A stretch of DNA of 64,000 bases, taken from positions 64,001-128,000 of the forward strand of contig JBGARZ010000014.1 in assembly GCA_044229975.1 (NCBI GenBank), given 5' to 3'. Below, piece after piece: positions 62,401 to 64,000 of the stretch (the stretch's first letter is position 1; the number at the start of each line of letters is the position of its first letter). The notes beneath the pieces were generated by a model, which saw nothing but the letters and a program-made list of their open reading frames with translations, made no database searches and was not told where the DNA came from. Origin of the DNA: Polyangiales bacterium (lineage in GTDB: Bacteria > Myxococcota_A > Polyangia > Polyangiales > Ga0077539). Position numbers and translations under genes: made by a program.

Positions 62401-64000
62401 ATGCGCTTGCTCCGCTCGTCCTTCGTTGTGTCCGTCGTGCTCGTCCTGATTCTCCCCGCTTGTGGCGCGCGCACCCCGTTGAGCGACGAGTCTCGCGATG
62501 CAGCCGTCGCAGTCGATGTGCAGCCCGATGTCCCACCCGTCGTCGACGTGCCCGTGGTCCCCATCGATGTGCCCGTCGTGCGCGATGTCCCACCGCCACC
62601 CATCGACCGCTTCGTCCCCATCGACGTTCCGGTCCCCGTCGACCGCTTCGTCCCCATTGATCGCTTCGTTCCGGTCGACAACCCGCGCCCCGTTGATGTG
62701 CCCGTCGTCGTGACCGCCCTCTGCCCGGCGTCGCAGCGCGCCGTCGAGACCCTCTCCGTCCCCCTTGCCGGCAGCGGAACCCACTCCCTCGGCCTCCCCC
62801 TCCGCTTCGCCTGGAGCCTCGACTCCGGCCCCGGTCGCGCGACCGCCATCGCCAACCCCGCGCTCGCCTCGACCACGCTCGCCCTCACCGCACCCGGAAC
62901 CTGGCGCCTCCGCCTCACCGTCACCGACGCCGCTGGCCGCTCCGACGATTGCACCACCGTCGTCGAGGCCGACCCCGCCATCGACCTCGTCTGCCCCGCC
63001 GACCAGTCGCGCTACCAGTCCGACGTCGCCTCGCTGACAGCCCGCGCGCTCTCTCGCCTCGGGCGGCCGCTCACCTACGCGTGGAGCGTCGCCCGCCGAC
63101 CGCCGGGCAGCACGTCATCCCCGGTGCCCGCGACGGGTAGCCTCGACACGCGCCTGCTCTGCGACGCGCTCGGCGACTACACCGTGCAGCTCACCGTCAC
63201 GGACAACGCGATGCTCACGCGCACCTGCCAGGCCAACGTTCACGTCGACCCCGACGTGCTCGTGACGTGCCCGCCGGACATCACATCGCTGCCATTCAGT
63301 TCGGTGCGCCTCGAAGGCAGCGCGATGTCTCGCCTCGGGCTGCCGCTCACCTATCGGTGGAGCATCGTCGAGGCGCCGCCCACCAGCACGGCGTCGCTCA
63401 CGACGCCCGACACCCGCGTCGCGGGCTACACCTTCGACGTGGCGGGCAATTGGGTGTGGCGGCTCACGGCGTCCAACAACCGCGGCAACACGGCGTCGTG
63501 CACCACGCGCGCCTTCGCCCGCTCCGAAGAGGCCGTGCGCGTCGAGCTCGTCTGGAACGTCGATCGCTCCTGCCGCACCTGCAACGCCCAGGGCGGTGGC
63601 ATCGACCTCGACCTCCACCTCACCGACCTCACTCGCTCGGGCGGCCACTGGTTTGGCGAGGCCCCGGACAACTCCGACTGCTACTTCGGCAACTGCCGCT
63701 GCGACCGCTCCGTCGGGATGCTCTGCCCCGAAGGCGTGCTCATGTGGCCGCCGCTCGGCGCCGCCAACAACCCGCAGCTCGACGTCGACCACACGGGCGA
63801 TCTGCCCGGCCCCGAGAACATCAACATCTCCCAGGCCCAGGTGGGCGCGCGCTTCTCGGTGGGCGTTCATTACTTCAGTGGGGGTGAGCCGACGCCCGCG
63901 ATCGTGCGGGTCTACTGCGGCGGCGTGGTGGTCTTCGAGAGCGAGCGCGTGGTGCTCGCCAACAGCACCCCGAGCGGCGGGGGCAGTCCCCTCTGGCGCG
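62401..64000 (+). CDS. Large surface lipoprotein: Pro/Val/Asp stalk, three PKD/Ig-like repeats and a DLDLH domain; 3'-truncated by the window end
   Basis: Absent from the ORF track because there is no stop; ATG 62401, lipobox ILPAC, three G.PL.Y/F.WS...G.(Y/W)...LTVT/AS repeats, VRVELVW...IDLDLHL...GPENINI. Confidence 0.8.
   Translation, partial: MRLLRSSFVVSVVLVLILPACGARTPLSDESRDAAVAVDVQPDVPPVVDVPVVPIDVPVVRDVPPPPIDRFVPIDVPVPVDRFVPIDRFVPVDNPRPVDVPVVVTALCPASQRAVETLSVPLAGSGTHSLGLPLRFAWSLDSGPGRATAIANPALASTTLALTAPGTWRLRLTVTDAAGRSDDCTTVVEADPAIDLVCPADQSRYQSDVASLTARALSRLGRPLTYAWSVARRPPGSTSSPVPATGSLDTRLLCDALGDYTVQLTVTDNAMLTRTCQANVHVDPDVLVTCPPDITSLPFSSVRLEGSAMSRLGLPLTYRWSIVEAPPTSTASLTTPDTRVAGYTFDVAGNWVWRLTASNNRGNTASCTTRAFARSEEAVRVELVWNVDRSCRTCNAQGGGIDLDLHLTDLTRSGGHWFGEAPDNSDCYFGNCRCDRSVGMLCPEGVLMWPPLGAANNPQLDVDHTGDLPGPENINISQAQVGARFSVGVHYFSGGEPTPAIVRVYCGGVVVFESERVVLANSTPSGGGSPLWR

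Overview
A very GC-rich, gene-dense chromosomal segment. The protein repertoire points to Myxococcota, probably a Polyangia-like lineage (inference): Ser/Thr kinase with TPR-PEGA and Asp-rich lipoprotein partners, Cys-rich repeat lipoproteins, an FHA-GGDEF protein, RNase Y and a CglD-like VWA lipoprotein. About 50 CDS can be supported. The first ~38 kb is mostly housekeeping: fhs, triple-domain DsbA, rny, 5-formyl-THF cyclo-ligase, thiC, ihfB, eno, engB, murJ, rpoN-hpf-ptsN, gyrA, an atypical Hsp70 with its J-protein, and pspA. The remainder is more accessory: hydrolases, a GMC oxidase, rbgA, PhyH/TetR, a trehalose cluster, a phytochelatin synthase and surface lipoproteins. No rRNA, tRNA, CRISPR array, transposase or prophage gene was seen. 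Most notable: (1) a 287-bp TG...CA foldback element flanked by a perfect 10-bp direct repeat (MITE-like); (2) an Hsp70 with a ~440-aa Pro/Ser-rich insert between NBD and SBD, no lid, and a translationally coupled J-protein; (3) a eukaryote-type phytochelatin synthase downstream of two His-motif lipoproteins; (4) a membrane-anchored sensor-like OtsA with a novel CTQSFSSGYCSRW-repeat lipoprotein inside the trehalose cluster; (5) a solo TPR-dynamin-like GTPase; (6) a tandem Hfq/Sm-like small protein; (7) a 21-22-bp periodic intergenic array. Several start codons were re-chosen by eye, and all family calls come from motif recognition, not database searches.
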